DNA of 64,000 nucleotides, from NCBI RefSeq assembly GCF_009914755.1, contig NC_060944.1, one strand, 5' to 3'. The stretch comes from the human T2T-CHM13v2.0 reference genome, Homo sapiens. The notes beneath the pieces are model-generated. The model searched no databases. It was not told where the DNA came from and was given only the letters and a program-made list of their open reading frames with translations. This document shows, piece after piece, positions 13,556 through 27,369 of the stretch (the first letter of the stretch is position 1; the number at the start of each line of letters is the position of its first letter). Position numbers and translations under genes: made by a program.

Positions 13556-13903
13556 CCTCTTCCGTCTTCCTCCCAGCCTCACTCCCTGCCAACACTGTGA
13601 GAAGCCTCCTGTCTGGGCTGCCACTCTGAGACCCCAGAGCCCTTTGGGGATTTCTGACACTCTGCAGGTCCCTTGCAGTGAGATTGTGAGGCTGGGGGGC
13701 TGCTCTGATCTGGTGTTAGGCATCAGGTTGTGTACTCCCAGATCCAGTGGTACCTAGAAGACTTAAGTCTGTAAACCTCTATAATTTCAGTTTTCTGGTC
13801 TTTCGAATAGACAAAAGCAAGGAGTTCACTGAATGTCATCCTGAAGGGGGGGGGGATGAGTGCAGAGGGTCTCCACATTTTTCCAGTTTAAGAATTAACT
13901 TGG

Positions 13904-14165
13904 TTCCCAGCACTTTGGGAGGCCAAGGCGGGTGGATCACTTGAGGTCAGGAGTTCGAGACTAGCCTGGCCAACATGGTGAAACCCCGTCTCTACTAAAA
14001 ATACAAAAATTAGCCATGCATGGTGGCAGATGCCTGTAATCCCAGCTACTTAGGAGGCTGAGTCAAGAGAATTGCTTGAACCCAGGAGGCAGAGGTTGCA
14101 GTGAGCTGAGATAGTGCCACTGCACTCCAGCCTGGGTGACAGAGTGAGACTCCATCTTAAAAAAA
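13904..14165 (+). mobile_element. 5'-truncated AluS with 11-bp TSD (aattaacttgg)
   Basis: Starts at tcccagcactttgg; TSD copies at 13893-13903 and 14166-14176. Confidence 0.95.
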
Positions 14166-14382
14166 AATTAACTTGGAAACTCATGCCTCAGAAAGCATGA
14201 CTCCAGCCACCCTGAATACCCTTAGTGTACAGATATGCTTTGAGTGGTCACATAGAGAGGGCACAGGGGCACCAAAGGAAGGGAGGAATCAGGAGTCCCC
14301 ATGGAGGTTCTATAGAGGAATCCAAATTATGTCTCCAGGAGCTTCTTCTATAACCAGTTGCTGTCTCTTCCCCCTGCCCCAA

Positions 14383-15085
14383 ATTTAGTAAGATATAATT
14401 GACAAAAATTATATATATTTATGGTGTACAAGCTAATTATTATATAACATATGCATCGTCTCACGTACTTATCATTTTTGGTGGTGAGAACATTTAAGCT
14501 CTACTCTCTTAGCAGTTTTTAAGTATACAATACATTATTATTACTACAGTCAGTATGCTGTACAATAGGTGTCCAGAACTTATTTATCCTGCATAACTGA
14601 CACTTTGTACCAATTGACTGATATCTCCTAATTCCATCGCCTTCCCCCAACCCCTTGACAACCACCATTCCCCTCTTCTTCGGTGCATTTGGCTTTTTTA
14701 GATTCCACATATAAATGAGATCATGTAATACTTGTCTTTCTGTGCTTGGCTTATTTCATTTAGCATAATGTCCTCAGGTTCATCTATGTTGTTAAAAATA
14801 TAAGATTTTAATCTTTTTAAGGCTTAGTAGTATTCCATTGTGTATATGGACTGCATTTTCTTTATTCACCTATTGAGGGACACTTGGGTTGATTCCATGT
14901 CTTGGCTCTTGTGAATAGTGCTGTAGTGAGCATGGGAGTGCTGATATCTCTTTGACATACTGACTTCATTTCCTTTGGATATATACCCAGAAGTGGGATT
15001 GCCAGATCATATGGTACTTCCATTTTTAATTTTTTGAGGAACCTCCATACTGTTCTTCATAATGGCCTTACTAACTTACATTTCA
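14383..15085 (-). mobile_element. L1MA 3' fragment
   Basis: ggtggtgagaacatttaagctctactctcttagc..gattccacatataaatgagatcatg..tttgaggaacctccatactgtt. Confidence 0.85.
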
Positions 15086-17667
15086 ATGAGCAGGAACCAG
15101 TCTTTCTCTTGTACAGTTTCAGTCATCGCCCTCACTGTCCCATCTCTTGCCTCCTCCCTTTAGGATGTCTGTGGGCACTGAAGTTTTCTCTTCAGACTGG
15201 ATATGAGCCAGCATCCCAGCACTTTGTGAGTTGAGTGTCAGGACAAGGTGCGACTTGATTCTCCCAGAAATCTTTCTTGTTTTAGAGATAGCCTCCTGGG
15301 CCAGGGACTCTTAAGGACCAAAGTTCAATTCCCACCACTCCCCATTACACTGGGAACTTCAGAATGTGTGAGTTCCACGTTTCCCGGTGCTGACAGATCA
15401 GAGGAGGACCAGACGCGACAACATGGCTGCTGCTGGAGGGGCTGAGAGGTGACTGATTAGCTTAAGCCTGCACAGCCCGTGGAGGAAGCACCTCGTTCCT
15501 GCCTTCTCAAGTGATAAAGTCTATGCTGGAATACAGAGCTCCCTGCTCTGAGCACCTAAAGTCTTGATTTTTCTGGGGGAAAACTCTCTGTAGCTCTTTC
15601 TTCTAGTATTATTTGTGTTAGTGAGTAACTCCTTAACCAGGTTGTGAGCTCCTGGAGAGTTGAGAGTGTGTTTTGGTCTTTGTATCTATGAAGTGCTGGG
15701 TTATGCCTTTACTCCAGGGCCATGATTGAAAAAAAATGTTAGAGGGAGAAAATTGCAAGATGATCACCACATTTTGTCCAATTGAAAAGGAATGTGCCAA
15801 CCAGTTTATACAGTTCCATTTATTTTTGGAAAAAATATATCTCCATATTACCTGCTTCCTGCCTTCCTTTAACTTCTCTCTCTCTTTTAATCAAAATAAG
15901 GAAAAAAAAACCACAGAATGCTATCCACAATATGTTAACTGTTGGTTATCTCCAGATGTTGGGATTATGCCTCAAACAACAATTCTGAGTAACTTAAATA
16001 AATATGGAATGTTCTGGAAGCTGTGGGGTAGGATACAGAGTTGAGGGAAAGCCCAAGACCCAGAAATTAGAAGGTCAGTGTTAAAAACATCTCTCAGATG
16101 TGGGTAGTGAGAAATAAAGGAGAGCCCTTCGTGCAGGGGGTCATCAGCTCCAAGCATTTTCTCATCTTTATACATCTCCCTTCAAGATTCAGAACCCTAG
16201 GAGGAGTCTGATTGACCTAGCATGGGTTATACGACCAGCCTTGGCGAGAGGAGGGCAGGATTCTTTAAATAATGGGAAACCTGTGCTATTACCAAAGATA
16301 GGGAGAGGAGAACTGCGAAGGCAAAATACAGATGACCATCACGAACAAGGGGTACTTTTCTTTTCTATCTGTGGTTTCTAATGTTTTTGCTACAAACAAA
16401 ATACAAAAAATATTTAAGAAATATTTATGTATTATATATATAATATATATATTTATAAATGTTATAATAAACATTTTAACATTTGTCCTTTTAATAGTAA
16501 GAAGAAAAGATAGCAGCAACACCATTAAGAGGAAGCTAGTTCACTGGAAGGGATTCAGAGGTGAACATTTGGGAAAGTAAACGGACAGGAAGCCATGCAA
16601 AATAGGCTCTTGGTAGGAGCCTGGGATGTTTTAGTTGGTGAATGAGGATACTCAGGTGCATATGAGAGCTCTTTTTTACCACTTGAGGGAACAGTATCTG
16701 GATGTGGTGGGCAGTATTCTGCAGGGTTCCAGGAGTGAGAGTGCTGGGCCCAGGGGTGCTTCTAAAGAGGGTTGCTGCTCAATGGCAGGAGAGGCAGCCT
16801 CAAGTGCTCTCATAGGACCTCACCCAGGGTGTCCACGGAGGGACTCAGTGACTCATGCTGCAGTGGCTTCACTGGATGAGAGGATTCTGACATCCTTTCC
16901 AACCCTAATTCCTAGGATTCCAGGACTCATTATTGGCAGTGCATGGGTTTGTGGGGAAGAAGGCAGGACAATTTGCTGAAAGTCCATTAAAGCCCACTTT
17001 CTGGATAACCGGGAGGAGGTATAAGAATGCAGTTGCAATAATTTTACATATTCAAAAATATGTCCACGAATATATTACAGATTCTTATGTCTCAGGACCC
17101 TTCTTTTCTGCCCCATCGCTGGTCCCCTAGTCCTCTCCTTCTCTTTGTCTTTTAGCCCTCAACTATAGTCGTGGAGAGATGGAGCAAAGAAATGGAATAT
17201 CCTTTAAAACAATAATATGAAGACAACATGAAAATGTATCAAATATAGCTAGGTATAAAAAACCAGGTAAACGCAGAGAATTGCTCATTTGGTGACTTGG
17301 CAATCAGAGAATTTGCTTGTGATGAATTGAATTTCAATGAAGCGATTTAGAGCCATTTTGGGATTGTTTTTTTACGGACATGGGGATTTGAACAGAAGTT
17401 CCTGATTCTCTCACCCTCAGAGAGCTGACGCACACTGGCCTATCTGGGGACATGTCATCTTTGAGTATCTCCCTCCTAGGGTAGGTGGGGGATTTCTGGA
17501 AAACAGCAGGCCTTGGGGTGCCCTGAGTGTGATGTTCTGGATATTCCAGATGAATCATTGCTGATTCAATTTGGGGCTGCCTTGGAAGGACTTTGAAGGC
17601 CAGCTATGCCCCAGTCAGGAGAACTCCTGAATCAGTCACAGTTACTTTGAATAATTCCTGGGGTTCA

Positions 17668-17905
17668 TGTACAGATGCTGTGCTGAGCCTCTTAGATCCA
17701 CCTTCATGGACAAGACACTTATGCCCACATCAGCTGAAAGTGCTGCCTTAAGATAACCAACAGCAGACAGGATTCTTTGGGAATTGCCCTGGCTGAACAG
17801 AATGGCCTTGTCCAAGGCCACACCCCCTTCCCAGGTGACCCATGTCGAATACTGAAATAGAGGCAAGAAGGCCCCATCCTGTTGCTACAACTCGACAACT
17901 CCAAT
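17668..17905 (+). mobile_element. LTR16-like (ERVL) LTR fragment
   Basis: cagatgctgtg..agatcc..gggaattgccctggctgaa..ccaaggccacacccccttccc resembles the recalled LTR16A 5' part. Confidence 0.6.
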
Positions 17906-18149
17906 CCCAGCTCAGGTTTTCTACAGTCCCTTTGCGCCATCCTGGAGTCTCTGAAATTCTTCATGCTATGTCATCTGCCTCACCCAGAATACACTGTACT
18001 CAACTATTACACTTTTATGCACACATAATTACCTTTAAATATTTGTATGTTTCTCAAGGCAAGGAGCTATGTCCAATATTCATTTGTATGTGTACAAGTG
18101 GTTTGCACATATTAGGTGTCAATAAATATGAGTCAACCATTCTATTGCT

Positions 18150-18340
18150 TCTAATAATAATTGCTAACAGTTTTTGAGGCTTACTATGTGCCAGGCACTG
18201 AACAAACAGCTTTGCATACTGAGTTTCAGTCAATCCTATGTATATCCATGGGATGTATGGTATCATTATGATGATTTTACCAGTAAGAAGACCTAGGCTT
18301 AGCAAAGTGCAGGGGCATGACCAGTGGCATGGTAATTGGT
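18150..18340 (-). mobile_element. MIR
   Basis: aataataattgctaaca..ttgaggcttactatgtgccaggcactg..ttttaccag..aggcttag. Confidence 0.7.
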
Positions 18341-18702
18341 GACTTTGGAATAATCATCATATCTTCCTTGTGTGTACATAGTTCACTTACTTTTTTCAGA
18401 GCTCTTCAGTATTTAATTTTTCATGATGTTTTTCTTACATCTATGTGAGTGAACAATTTTACAGATGGAGAAATAAAGGTTTATGCCATCCAAGCCCTAA
18501 TAAAAGTCACATAAGGTTTGGTGAAGGTCGCAGAAGGGTGGCTGATGTAGGATCAAGGCTAATAGTCCGTTTTGAATCTGGTGGCCTTTTTGACAAAGGC
18601 TGGGCATGGGCTCAGTTGGCAACTGGGTAGACTGGAGATGCACCAGAAAATCTTGTGGCTCCAGAAACAGTTGCAGGCTGCCAAACTCCTGGATTGTTTT
18701 CT

Positions 18703-18895
18703 ATCCATGTTGCTGCAAAGGACATGATTTAATTCTTTTTTATGGCTGTGTAGTATTCCATGGTTGTAATTGTTTGGTGTTTTAGATTCTTTATGTACAA
18801 AGCAGTTTAAAGACAAAGCAATTTAAAGACTCATTCTTTTGCTTGAGAAACTCAGATCTTGTAGACAGTTTGTTCCCCAAGGTCTCATCAGGAAA
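18703..18895 (+). repeat. Dispersed direct copy of 20360-20544
   Basis: Colinear near-identity from atccatgttgctgcaaaggacatgatttaattc to ccccaaggtctca(t/c)caggaaa. Confidence 0.95.
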
Positions 18896-20047
18896 GTAGT
18901 TTCTGGGACAGCCCCATTTGGAGTCATTTTACATCGGCACATCAGCACATCATCCAATAGAAAGTAAAGCCAGCACAAAAGATGCATGGGAGAAATACGA
19001 AATTATTCTAAAAACACAACTAATTGGTTATGACTAAGAAAGGACTTTAAAATCCTTTCCTTAAAATAACTGAAGGTGTGGTTAGTCAAAATTAGCAATA
19101 ATCTTTATATTTTGACTCTGCTTATGTTGGAAAAGACCACAAATCTGTCACCGGAACTTCTCATACACAAACCTACAAAACTATGGCCCAAGGAAAAAGT
19201 ATGTCCACATTGTATTTGAAAATTTTACATCAATACTCCTCTAAAGATTTACAGAAATTGTATCTTATTTCTTAGTAATTCTTCTAGAGGCTATATCACT
19301 ACCCTCCAAGTATGTTTACTGCTTAAAAATAAACAGTGTAGACAGGAAACTGATGTGGGATAAACATGATCCTTATGTTTTACTCCTGCATTTCAGAAGG
19401 GTCAAGGTCTTCATGTGACTTCATGCTGCACACTGTCAGTAGTTGAGTTTGGCTGTTCCTTCCTCTGCATTTTGAGGCAGCATGGAAATAGGATGAACAG
19501 AACATGGGTATTAAGTACGGGACTTTTGAGCTTGATCAGTGACCGGCTGGCCTGCCGTGATAAACAGGTACATTTTGTCATTTAGAGCATGAATGATACA
19601 GATGAGCTTATCTTCACATAGGGAAGTATATACAATATAAGACAAAGGCCAGATTTCAGCAGCTGCTTGATCTTTCTTTGAGGTTTGGTCAACCAAGAGC
19701 AGTTGGGGCTTTCCTCTCTTTCTTAATAGGGCAAGAGGCATCCACATCACAGAAAGACCCTTCAACAGACAAGGTTTTTGAAGATCCCATCTACCTCTCA
19801 CCACTGATTAGGCATTATGCATCTTATTAGACAACTGTGCATTACAGTCATTCCTTGGTCATGCAAGATATCGATGCCTATGATGGGTCAGGATATCACA
19901 TGAATAAGTATGGCTGTAAAAGACTGTACATAGTTCCTTTGGTCTGAAAATGAGGACCTTCTTAATGTTGATTTTTCATTTTTTTCTTCTCTCCATACTG
20001 TCCTCTGTCCTCTCTCTTCCTTTTCCTCTTGGTGTTTCAGATTCTTT

Positions 20048-20430
20048 TTTTTTTTCTTTCCAACTTTAATTTTAGATTCAAGGAGTAAATGTACAGATTT
20101 GTTAAACATGAGTCAGTTGCAAATTACAGGGGTTTGGTGTACAGATAATTTTGTCACCCAGATAATCAGCATAATATCTGATAGGCAGTTTTTGGGATTC
20201 TCACCTGCCTCCCACCCTCCACCCTCAGGTAGGTCCCGGTGTCTGTTGTTCCCTTCTTTGTATCCATGTGTACTCATATTTAGCTTCCACCATGAGAACA
20301 TGCAGTATTTGATTTTCTGTTACTGTGTTAGTTCGCTTAGGATAATGCTCTCCAGTTCCATCCATGTTGCTGCAAAGGACATGATTTAATTCTTTTTTAT
20401 GGCTGTGTAGTATTCCATGGTTGTATATGT
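20048..20430 (-). mobile_element. 5'-truncated old L1PA (L1PA13-16-like) 3' end with 19-bp TSD
   Basis: Poly-T plus L1 3'UTR; TSD ttggtgtttcag(a/t)ttcttt at 20029-20047 and 20431-20449. Confidence 0.9.
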
Positions 20431-23099
20431 TTGGTGTTTCAGTTTCTTTATGTACTATGGACAAAGCAGTTTAAAGACCCATTCTTTTGCTTGAGAAACT
20501 CAGATCATGGTAGGCAGTTTGTTCCCCAAGGTCTCACCAGGAAACTTCTTGAGTATTTCAAACAGGGAGACTTTAGTGACACAGGAAATAATGATAGCAG
20601 AGAATTGCAGACACAAGTGATGGATGAACTGAGAAACCAAACAGGAACCAGTAAAGCCATCAGAGATCGGAAAAAACAGGAAACCCTTACCATCCCTTGT
20701 CAGGCAGGAGGGAATGAGGGAGTTAGCTTGAAAGGATCAGCTCGTCTAAGTTGGGATCTCAGAGGGTCTGTTCAGCAAAAGCAGGAATCACATTGGGACT
20801 TATCTGGGTTGGAGATAATGTCCAAGGCAGGTAAGAAGAACCTGGCTTCTTTGTCCCTTCTGCCTTTGAATTTCCTGCCACTATTTGTTGGACAAACCCA
20901 ACAAGGATTCTGTTGTGGATATTACTTACCTGCTGGCATGGCCCTGGGTCTATTTGCCTTCCAGATCCCTCATTCAGCAATTCCTTTCTCTGTTCTGAAT
21001 CTCGGGGGCTAACAGAGCCTAGGAAATGCAGCCTGCGGGGGCCAGGCAGCCCCTGCAGTTCAGAACAGGGAGAGGGAAGTCTGAGGACTGGAGGAGGGAG
21101 TAAAGAGGGTCAGGGCCATCACAGCAGGTACTCAGCATCCACAGTGGAATCCTCATGTGAGTGTTCTTTCTCTAATTCTTTATCCTTATACTTCCTGCTT
21201 CCCTTAGAGTCCAGATCATTGTCACTCCTTCTGGAAATCTTTCTCTTGACCCTGCTAATCTGGAGTCTGCCTCTCTGTGCCCCTAATTTCCTGGGCACAC
21301 TTCTATTAGGGCTGGGCTACATTAAAATATAATTGACAATATACTGCTTTGTTTTTTTCTATCAGCCAAAAAATCTCCTTGCTGGCATTTCTTATCCATC
21401 CTTCTATCCCGAGTCACTAGTAACCCCCTCCTTTAGTAGGAGGCCAGTAAACAAATGAAGACATGCCTGAATCTCACTGAGACGATATGCAAGATGTAAC
21501 AGCTATCTTCACATGCTAATTATTTGATTTGTAAAATGCAAAAATTGCACGTTCAAAAAACGGTTTGATTAACTTTTGCCCTTCTTTGAAAATATACAAA
21601 TAGTTTTATTTTTAGAGCCAAACCTAAACTCCATAGGTGCGGAGCTGGATATCCTTTATCATTCCTTTTGGATACTAAATGTGTGTCTTTGGCAGATAGA
21701 AACTGTTGACAGAATGCTGGAAAGGGAACCAGAGATGACAGAAGTGTGAAATAAATGGTCTTGGGGGCTGAAAATTGATCTTCTGAATGCTCCCTTCTCT
21801 TATACTGATGGTTATCTACTGGAATAATATACCAATTTGTCTTTTGGTCTTTTTCCCCCTTTATCCCACCATAAACTGAGCATTAGACAGAAAATAAGAA
21901 ACTGGTTTGAATTTAACCATTGGACTGGAAGAGTGTGTGATCTTCATGTTTGAGAAGAATGGACTTCATCCCCTTGGTCCCTTTCATTTCCAATATTTGC
22001 TCTCTTCTCTACTGAGTTTGATTTGATGACTTTTTCTGTGAGTCAGATGGCATCTTTTCTGGCTGAAGTATCTTGGTTTCCATATCTCTCTTGGGAGCAT
22101 GAGGAATGGGTTGACATAATGTGTCAAACATTTCTTTCAAATCTTTGTAGAAGTTGTCTATTCATGAAGTAAGTAGTAGCTTATATCATGAACTTTTTAA
22201 AATTCAATTAGAATTTCTTGAAATATGTAATGCATACACAGGCATAGAATTTTTAAGGCAAGAAATGTTTTATGTTTTATTAATACATATAATAAAGTAT
22301 GTAAATATTTTATTTTAGATTTCAAGTAATCTTCGCCCATTCTAGTTTTTCAATCCCCTAGTTTTCCTCTCCAAAATCAATGACTGTTACTTGTTTCTTG
22401 TGCATCTTTGTAGTTATTCTATGCTTATAAAAGCAAAGTATATCCCCTCAACACATATTTAATACAACCAGAACATACTGCACGTGCTGTTTGCACTCGC
22501 CACTTGCATTTTTAAACTTAACATTTCACATCCTATAAATCCAAGCATACCAGGGAAGTTCTTTCACCTTAAACTTCCTAAATGGACCTATTTCTTATCC
22601 TTGGAAGTTATATTTCTGTTGGATAATAAATTTTTTCCATCGATAAATACTGCAACACTAAAGAGATGACACATTAAACATCTTTAGGGATTTAAAACTT
22701 GGTATGAATTAGTTAATGGCCTAGCTTTCTAATCTGCTAATGAGGGGTGATTGATGGAGGCATTAGAGATTTTGAATTTTGGAAGAGAAAGATTGCAGTG
22801 ACTAGGAAGCAAAGGTGCTGAGAGAAACATTTTCCCACTCTAATTTGTTGAGTGCCCTTTCAAAGTGTAAACAACTCAGAAGAAATCAAGTCATGGAAGG
22901 AAGAGGGCCAAGGAGAGCAATACTTGAATCAATATTGCAACACCAAAGTGATTGTCAAGGACAAACATATTCTAACTCTGGGAGATAAGGGTTGTTCTAT
23001 AAAATGCTGTTAAGACTAGCTTAAAAGCATATTAACAGGAATGGAGAAATTTATTCAAGGAATTTATTCAAACATCACAGATGTGCTCAAAACTCAGCT

Positions 23100-23410
23100 A
23101 TAAGGATGCTTGTGATGAAATAGTGAAAAAAATTAAATCAATGTTCAACAATGAGAAAATGGTTGTACAAATGATGCTATGTCCATATAATGATCTTGCC
23201 AATTTTTAATGACATGGAGAAGGTTTCAAATATAATGTTAAGTGAAAAAATTAGCATGTAACATATGAAATATATTCACTATCAATATATGAGGATATAT
23301 GTTTAGAAAAAGCATATATTTATATATAAAATAAATCTGCATTCTAGAATTATGGGTAACTTAAATTTTCTTTTCTGCTTGCCCATGTTTTCTAAATTTT
23401 CTACAGTAGA
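23100..23410 (+). mobile_element. L1ME/L1MC 3' fragment
   Basis: aatgttcaacaatgagaaaatggtt..gacatggaga..tataatgttaagtgaaaaaa..tttctaaattttctaca. Confidence 0.6.
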
Positions 23411-23904
23411 CAACAATAATTTTGAAAAATGTAAAAATCATGAGCTGAGACGCATGTGAAATAGTTTATAATGTCAGTTTCAACCCTATTTCTACTTCTG
23501 CTTTGGCATATGTGCTGCTTAAAATTATTTATGGAAATATAATATGAAATATGGTTAACAAAACAATACCTATTGTAGATGCAATGGAAACAAGACTCAA
23601 GTAAATCGAATCTTCTTTTTAAAAATATGTATTTATTTATTTATTTTTAACCCCACCCAAGCCAGAATTTTGAACTTCTTTTATGAGAATTCTTTTCAGC
23701 ATCAATTTTTTTTTTCTCAACTTGGAAAATACTATTTACCCCACAGAGATGGGTCATCAAATATTGTGCCCAGGATATGTAGCAAAATAGAGAATCACAT
23801 GATTCTCACTGCTTTTTGGAAATCATAAATGTGATCAGCCAGCTAATTACATTTCCATTTTACTTGTTTGAGATTGAGCTCCTGTGAGAGAATGGTAGTA
23901 TTTC

Positions 23905-23972
23905 CTCCCTTCCCCTTCCCCTTCCCTTCCTTCTTTTTTCTTTTTTCTCTTCCTCTCTTTTTCATTCTTCAG
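23905..23972. repeat. (CCCCTT)n and polypyrimidine tract
   Basis: Directly visible. Confidence 0.85.
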
Positions 23973-24399
23973 GTATTTTCAAAACATGGTACCTTTTATG
24001 GCTCGAAGGCATGTTTGTGGCGGGTGTTGGCAGGTTCCCTGTTTATGTTTGACTCTGCTGATCCACACAGCAAGGAAGGCAGCTATATTTACCTTTGTGG
24101 CTATCAGATGTCTGAGAACTTAGATGATAGAGGTGACTTTCTAGCAACCACAGTCCTTTAATTTAAGTCCTCACACAACACCTGTTAAGGAAGCATGAAG
24201 AAAAATTACTTCCCCTACCAAACAGACAAACTAAATTCGAACTCACAAAGTTTCAACAAAGCAAAGATATTATTCGGTAAAATAGAAACAACAACGAATG
24301 AATAATACAACAACATGAGAACTACAGCAACAAAAATAAATATATGAATGAGTTTTATGAAAAGTGAATTTACATCCAGTGCAGTAAATGATTTGGGAA

Positions 24400-24895
24400 C
24401 TTTTCCAGTTATTTGTTGTCAACATAATGCTGCAAAACAAACAATCACAAAACTTTTATACAACAAACAACACAACATACAGTGCCATGCAACAATAAAC
24501 ATATATTTTCCTCTTGTGTCTGTGGAACACCTGGGTGATTGGTTTGAGTGATTTTGTCTGGGTTTACTCATGCATTTGCAGTCAGCTGGCAGTTTGATTC
24601 TGCTCCACATGGTCTCTCATTCTCCAGTAGGTTAATCTGGGATTACTCTCATAGTGGAAGCAGAGGTCCAAGGGATAGTAGAAGTGTGCAAGGCCTCTTT
24701 AGGTCTAGGTTTGGAACTGACAAAGTGTAATTTCTGGCATATTCTATTGGCTAAAGCAAATCACAAGGCAAGTGCAGATTCGAAGGGTGGGGAAATAGAC
24801 TTCACCTCAATGGGTGTTGATGCAAAGACATATTACACAGGGCATGGATCTGGAAAGGGTAGAGAATGATGCCATTTTTGTACTCAATATGCACA
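24400..24895 (-). mobile_element. Old MLT1 solo LTR
   Basis: ataatgctgcaaaacaaac..ctcatgcatttgcagtcagctgg..attctattggctaaagcaaatcacaagg. Confidence 0.75.
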
Positions 24896-25559
24896 GGGAT
24901 TTTACATTCTGAAAAATAAAATGTTGCCACTTGATAACACTACTGAATTTTGGCTCCTCTTCATTAATAAATTGGATACTTTGATATGATATTTTCATAG
25001 TCTTTCAGTTGATGTTCCACAATTTGCAATCATAACGTCTATTTGTAGTTCTTAGAAAAGACAAGAATAAGTGAGTAAGAGGAAGAATTGCCTTAATTTC
25101 CCAACAGAACTTTATGCTTTGGTTACACATGTGATGGTGTTTGAAGCTAAAATGATTTTAGCTTTATGTCTGACTTTGAGTAAAATTAAGAGAAATGTTT
25201 ACACACATAGAATAAAGCAAAGAAAGAATCTAAGATTTCGAATGGCTCAATTTTATCAGTGAAGACATGGGGATCTAGCCCTGTAAGAGACCATGTCCAT
25301 AAATTTATTTTTCAAAAACGCAACATACAAAACCACACAAAAAAACCTCTTAGAAATACAAGAAAATAATGATTAGAAACAAAATTATGGAGATTTACAG
25401 ATAAAATTAAACTAAAAGTGAGGATATAAAGGATTTGAAGCCTATAGTCAACAAAATAAATTTAATAGATACAGAGATATATAGAAAACTTTGTGTCCTA
25501 CCTTGCAAACAGAAATTGCTTTCTCTAAAACACAAGAAAGACTTTGTTGTTGTTTTGAA

Positions 25560-26235
25560 TTTAGAATGCAGAATGATTAAATCAAGCCAACTAACATATC
25601 CATCACCTCACTTATTGTTTTTTGTGGTGAGACAGTTGAAGTTTACTCTTTTAGCTATTTTAAAATATACCATACATTATTACTGACCATAGTCACCCTA
25701 CTGTGCGATAGATCTCAAAACTCATTTCTCCTGTTTGTCTGAAACTTGTACCCTTTGACCAACTCCCTATTCCATTCCTCCCCGACCCATACTCCTAAGC
25801 CTCTGGTAACCACCATTCTACTTTCTACTCTATAAATTTAAGTTTTTAAAATTCCACAGATAAGTGAGATCATGTACTATTTGTCTTTCTGTGCCTGGCT
25901 TATTTCACGTAGCATACTATCCTTCAGGTTCAACCTCATTGTTGCAAATGACAGAATTTTGTTTTTAAAGGCTGAATAGTATTTCATTGTATATATAGTA
26001 CATGTTAAATTCATTCATCTGTTGATGGACACTTACATTAATTCCATTTCTTGTCTATTGTGAATAATGCTGCAGTGAACATGGGAATGCAGATATCTCT
26101 TTGACATATGGGTTTCAATTCCTTTGGAAATATACCCAGAAATTGGATGGTTGGATTATATAGTAATTCTATTTTTAGTTTTTTTGAGCAACCTCCATAC
26201 TATTTTCCATAATGGTTGTATTAATTTAAATTTAC
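25560..26235 (-). mobile_element. L1MA 3' fragment
   Basis: gaatgattaaatcaagc..cctctggtaaccaccattctac..ataagtgagatcatg..aacctccatactattttccataatgg. Confidence 0.85.
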
Positions 26236-26556
26236 TAATTTAACATTACTAATTTAAACATTTTAAAACATGATTATTTGAAAGCCCCTTTTTGATTTAG
26301 CTGTATAATCTCTAGTTCTTCCTGGATGAGTTTTTCTATTTGTTCCATCCCTGAATATTTCTAATGATGTTGGTTTTCCTTTGTGCATGGTAGTGGGTTT
26401 TCTTCATGCACTTTGTTATTTTTATGAACAAGCTCATTTTTGGTGGGAGATATTTTACCCAAGAGTTTTCTGAGTGCCTTAAGCAGACATCTCTAGGATG
26501 GTTTCACCATAGCTTCTGCTGGGAATCTGTTGGGTTCAATGGCTCCAAATTAATTC

Positions 26557-26863
26557 TTTATTTTTTATTTTCAGGCAGAATCTCACTCTGTTGCCCAGGC
26601 TGGAGTACAGTGGTGCAAACACGGCTCTTTGCATCCTTCAACTCTGGCTCAAGTGATTCTTGATTCCTCCTGCCTCAGCCTCCCGAATAGCTATGACTAC
26701 AGGCATGTGCCATCAAGCCCAGCTAATTTTTTAAACACTGTTTGGAGAGATGGGGTCTCCCTGTGTTGCCCAGGCTGATCTCAAACTTCTGGGCTCAAGC
26801 AAACCCCTCACCTCAGCCTCCCAAATTGTTGGGAATTACAGGCATAAACCATTGCACCTGGCC
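26557..26863 (-). mobile_element. AluJ
   Basis: Diverged dimeric Alu with J-type features (ctgggctcaagc, gtctccctgtgttgcccagg); decayed TSD caaatta. Confidence 0.9.
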
Positions 26864-27369
26864 TCAAATTAGTTTTTATACTAGTGTTTTCACTTGCATC
26901 TTATGTACCATTTAGGTGTGCTATGTATGTGGCTTGCCTGAGGGCTTTGACACTCTTTCTGGTGACTTTTTTCGCACTATAGCCTGGGGTATGTGGTTCA
27001 CTTCTGCACTATAACTCTAGACATGGTAGAGTTTTCTTAGATTCGGTTGAAGGATGGGATGTCTTCCATGGCTCCTGGCTTTATGACTAAAACTCTGAAA
27101 CATTTTGTTAGCCTGCATGTCCTCCCAAAAGGCCTCATGGTTTTAACTCTTGCTCAGCCCTGTGGCTTTGGATATGAGTTTTCTCCTCATTTATGGCATC
27201 TGAATTTTCCCTCTCTTTTTGTTAGACTCAGCTATGAATTTCCATTTTCATTAACAAGTATTTTACACATTTGGAGCAGAACAGGGCTTCTGGTATCAAG
27301 TCTGTGCTTACTGGACAGAAATTCCATTGATCAAACACTAACAAAGAATGTTGTTAGCCACAAACATGA

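Noticed and set aside
20431-21332. 193-aa and 139-aa overlapping ORFs
   Set aside because: The first starts at a non-ATG codon within an L1 TSD; neither has a recognisable domain, and the sequence looks like a decayed ancient LTR. Likely chance ORFs.
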